Positions 63,779-64,000 of a stretch of DNA of 64,000 nucleotides are shown in pieces. Where the stretch lies: IMG/VR virus record IMGVR_UViG_3300032236_001613, positions 62,001 to 126,000 of that record. One strand, 5' to 3'. The position numbers and the translations under genes are program-made. Under the pieces are notes generated by a model. The model made no database searches and was not told where the DNA came from. It was given only the letters and a program-made list of their open reading frames with translations. Each line of letters begins with the position of its first letter. Within the stretch, counting starts at the first letter, position 1.

Positions 63779-64000
63779 ATGTTACTACGTGAATTATTTG
63801 AAGACTCAAAAAACCCCGATTTAATAGAAATTTTTCGAAAATTTTTTCCTTTAGCTATGAAAGAAATTGGGCTAAAGGATTTACCCAAAATTGAATTAGT
63901 TGACCGTGTTCAAGACAGAGTTCAACCAACGTTTGGTAAATTTGTTAATAATACCAATACAATATATTTAGGAATTCTAAATCGTCATCCTTTAGATATA
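63779..64000 (+). CDS. Partial late protein with capsid-targeting-like N-terminus (runs off right edge)
   Basis: MLLRELFED..PTFG.F..I.L.I.NRHPLDI; TATAAATA 4 nt upstream. Confidence 0.75.
   Translation, partial: MLLRELFEDSKNPDLIEIFRKFFPLAMKEIGLKDLPKIELVDRVQDRVQPTFGKFVNNTNTIYLGILNRHPLDI

Noticed and set aside
1-64000. Eukaryotic giant virus origin (collagens, GTs, SOD)
   Set aside because: Shine-Dalgarno sites, sigma70 promoters, bacterial IF-1, CCA-encoded tRNAs and T4-type late boxes indicate a bacteriophage
1-64000. Stop-codon reassignment (common in large phages)
   Set aside because: Known genes are intact in code 11, and TAA, TAG and TGA all end genes at sensible positions

Overview
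A 64-kb segment of a large T4-like tailed bacteriophage genome with no host genes and no integrase. (1) Left arm, 1-18.9 kb: about 60 small minus-strand early genes. They are driven by sigma70-type promoters, 17 of which are copies of one conserved TTGACC-TTTTGGTAAAACC-TATAAT motif, and include an AAA ATPase, a ribosomal bL12-like protein, a Gp88-like protein, tRNA-Lys and orphan structured RNAs. (2) Middle, 18.9-31.5 kb: tRNA-Leu(UAA) split by a group I intron, flanked by two candidate ncRNAs, plus tRNA-CAU. Many genes here sit behind T4-type late TAAATA boxes and begin with a capsid-targeting-like peptide (HAD/kinase fusion, ClpS, SOD, HNH). IscA/ErpA, ATP-dependent DNA ligase and IF-1 are also here. 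(3) Right arm, 31.6-64 kb: a ~27-kb cluster of modular tail fibre/adhesin genes with proline-poor collagen-like (GYT-GSI)n tracts, followed by a 1361-aa four-domain glycosyltransferase. All calls come from reading motifs by eye; no database searches or folding programs were run.
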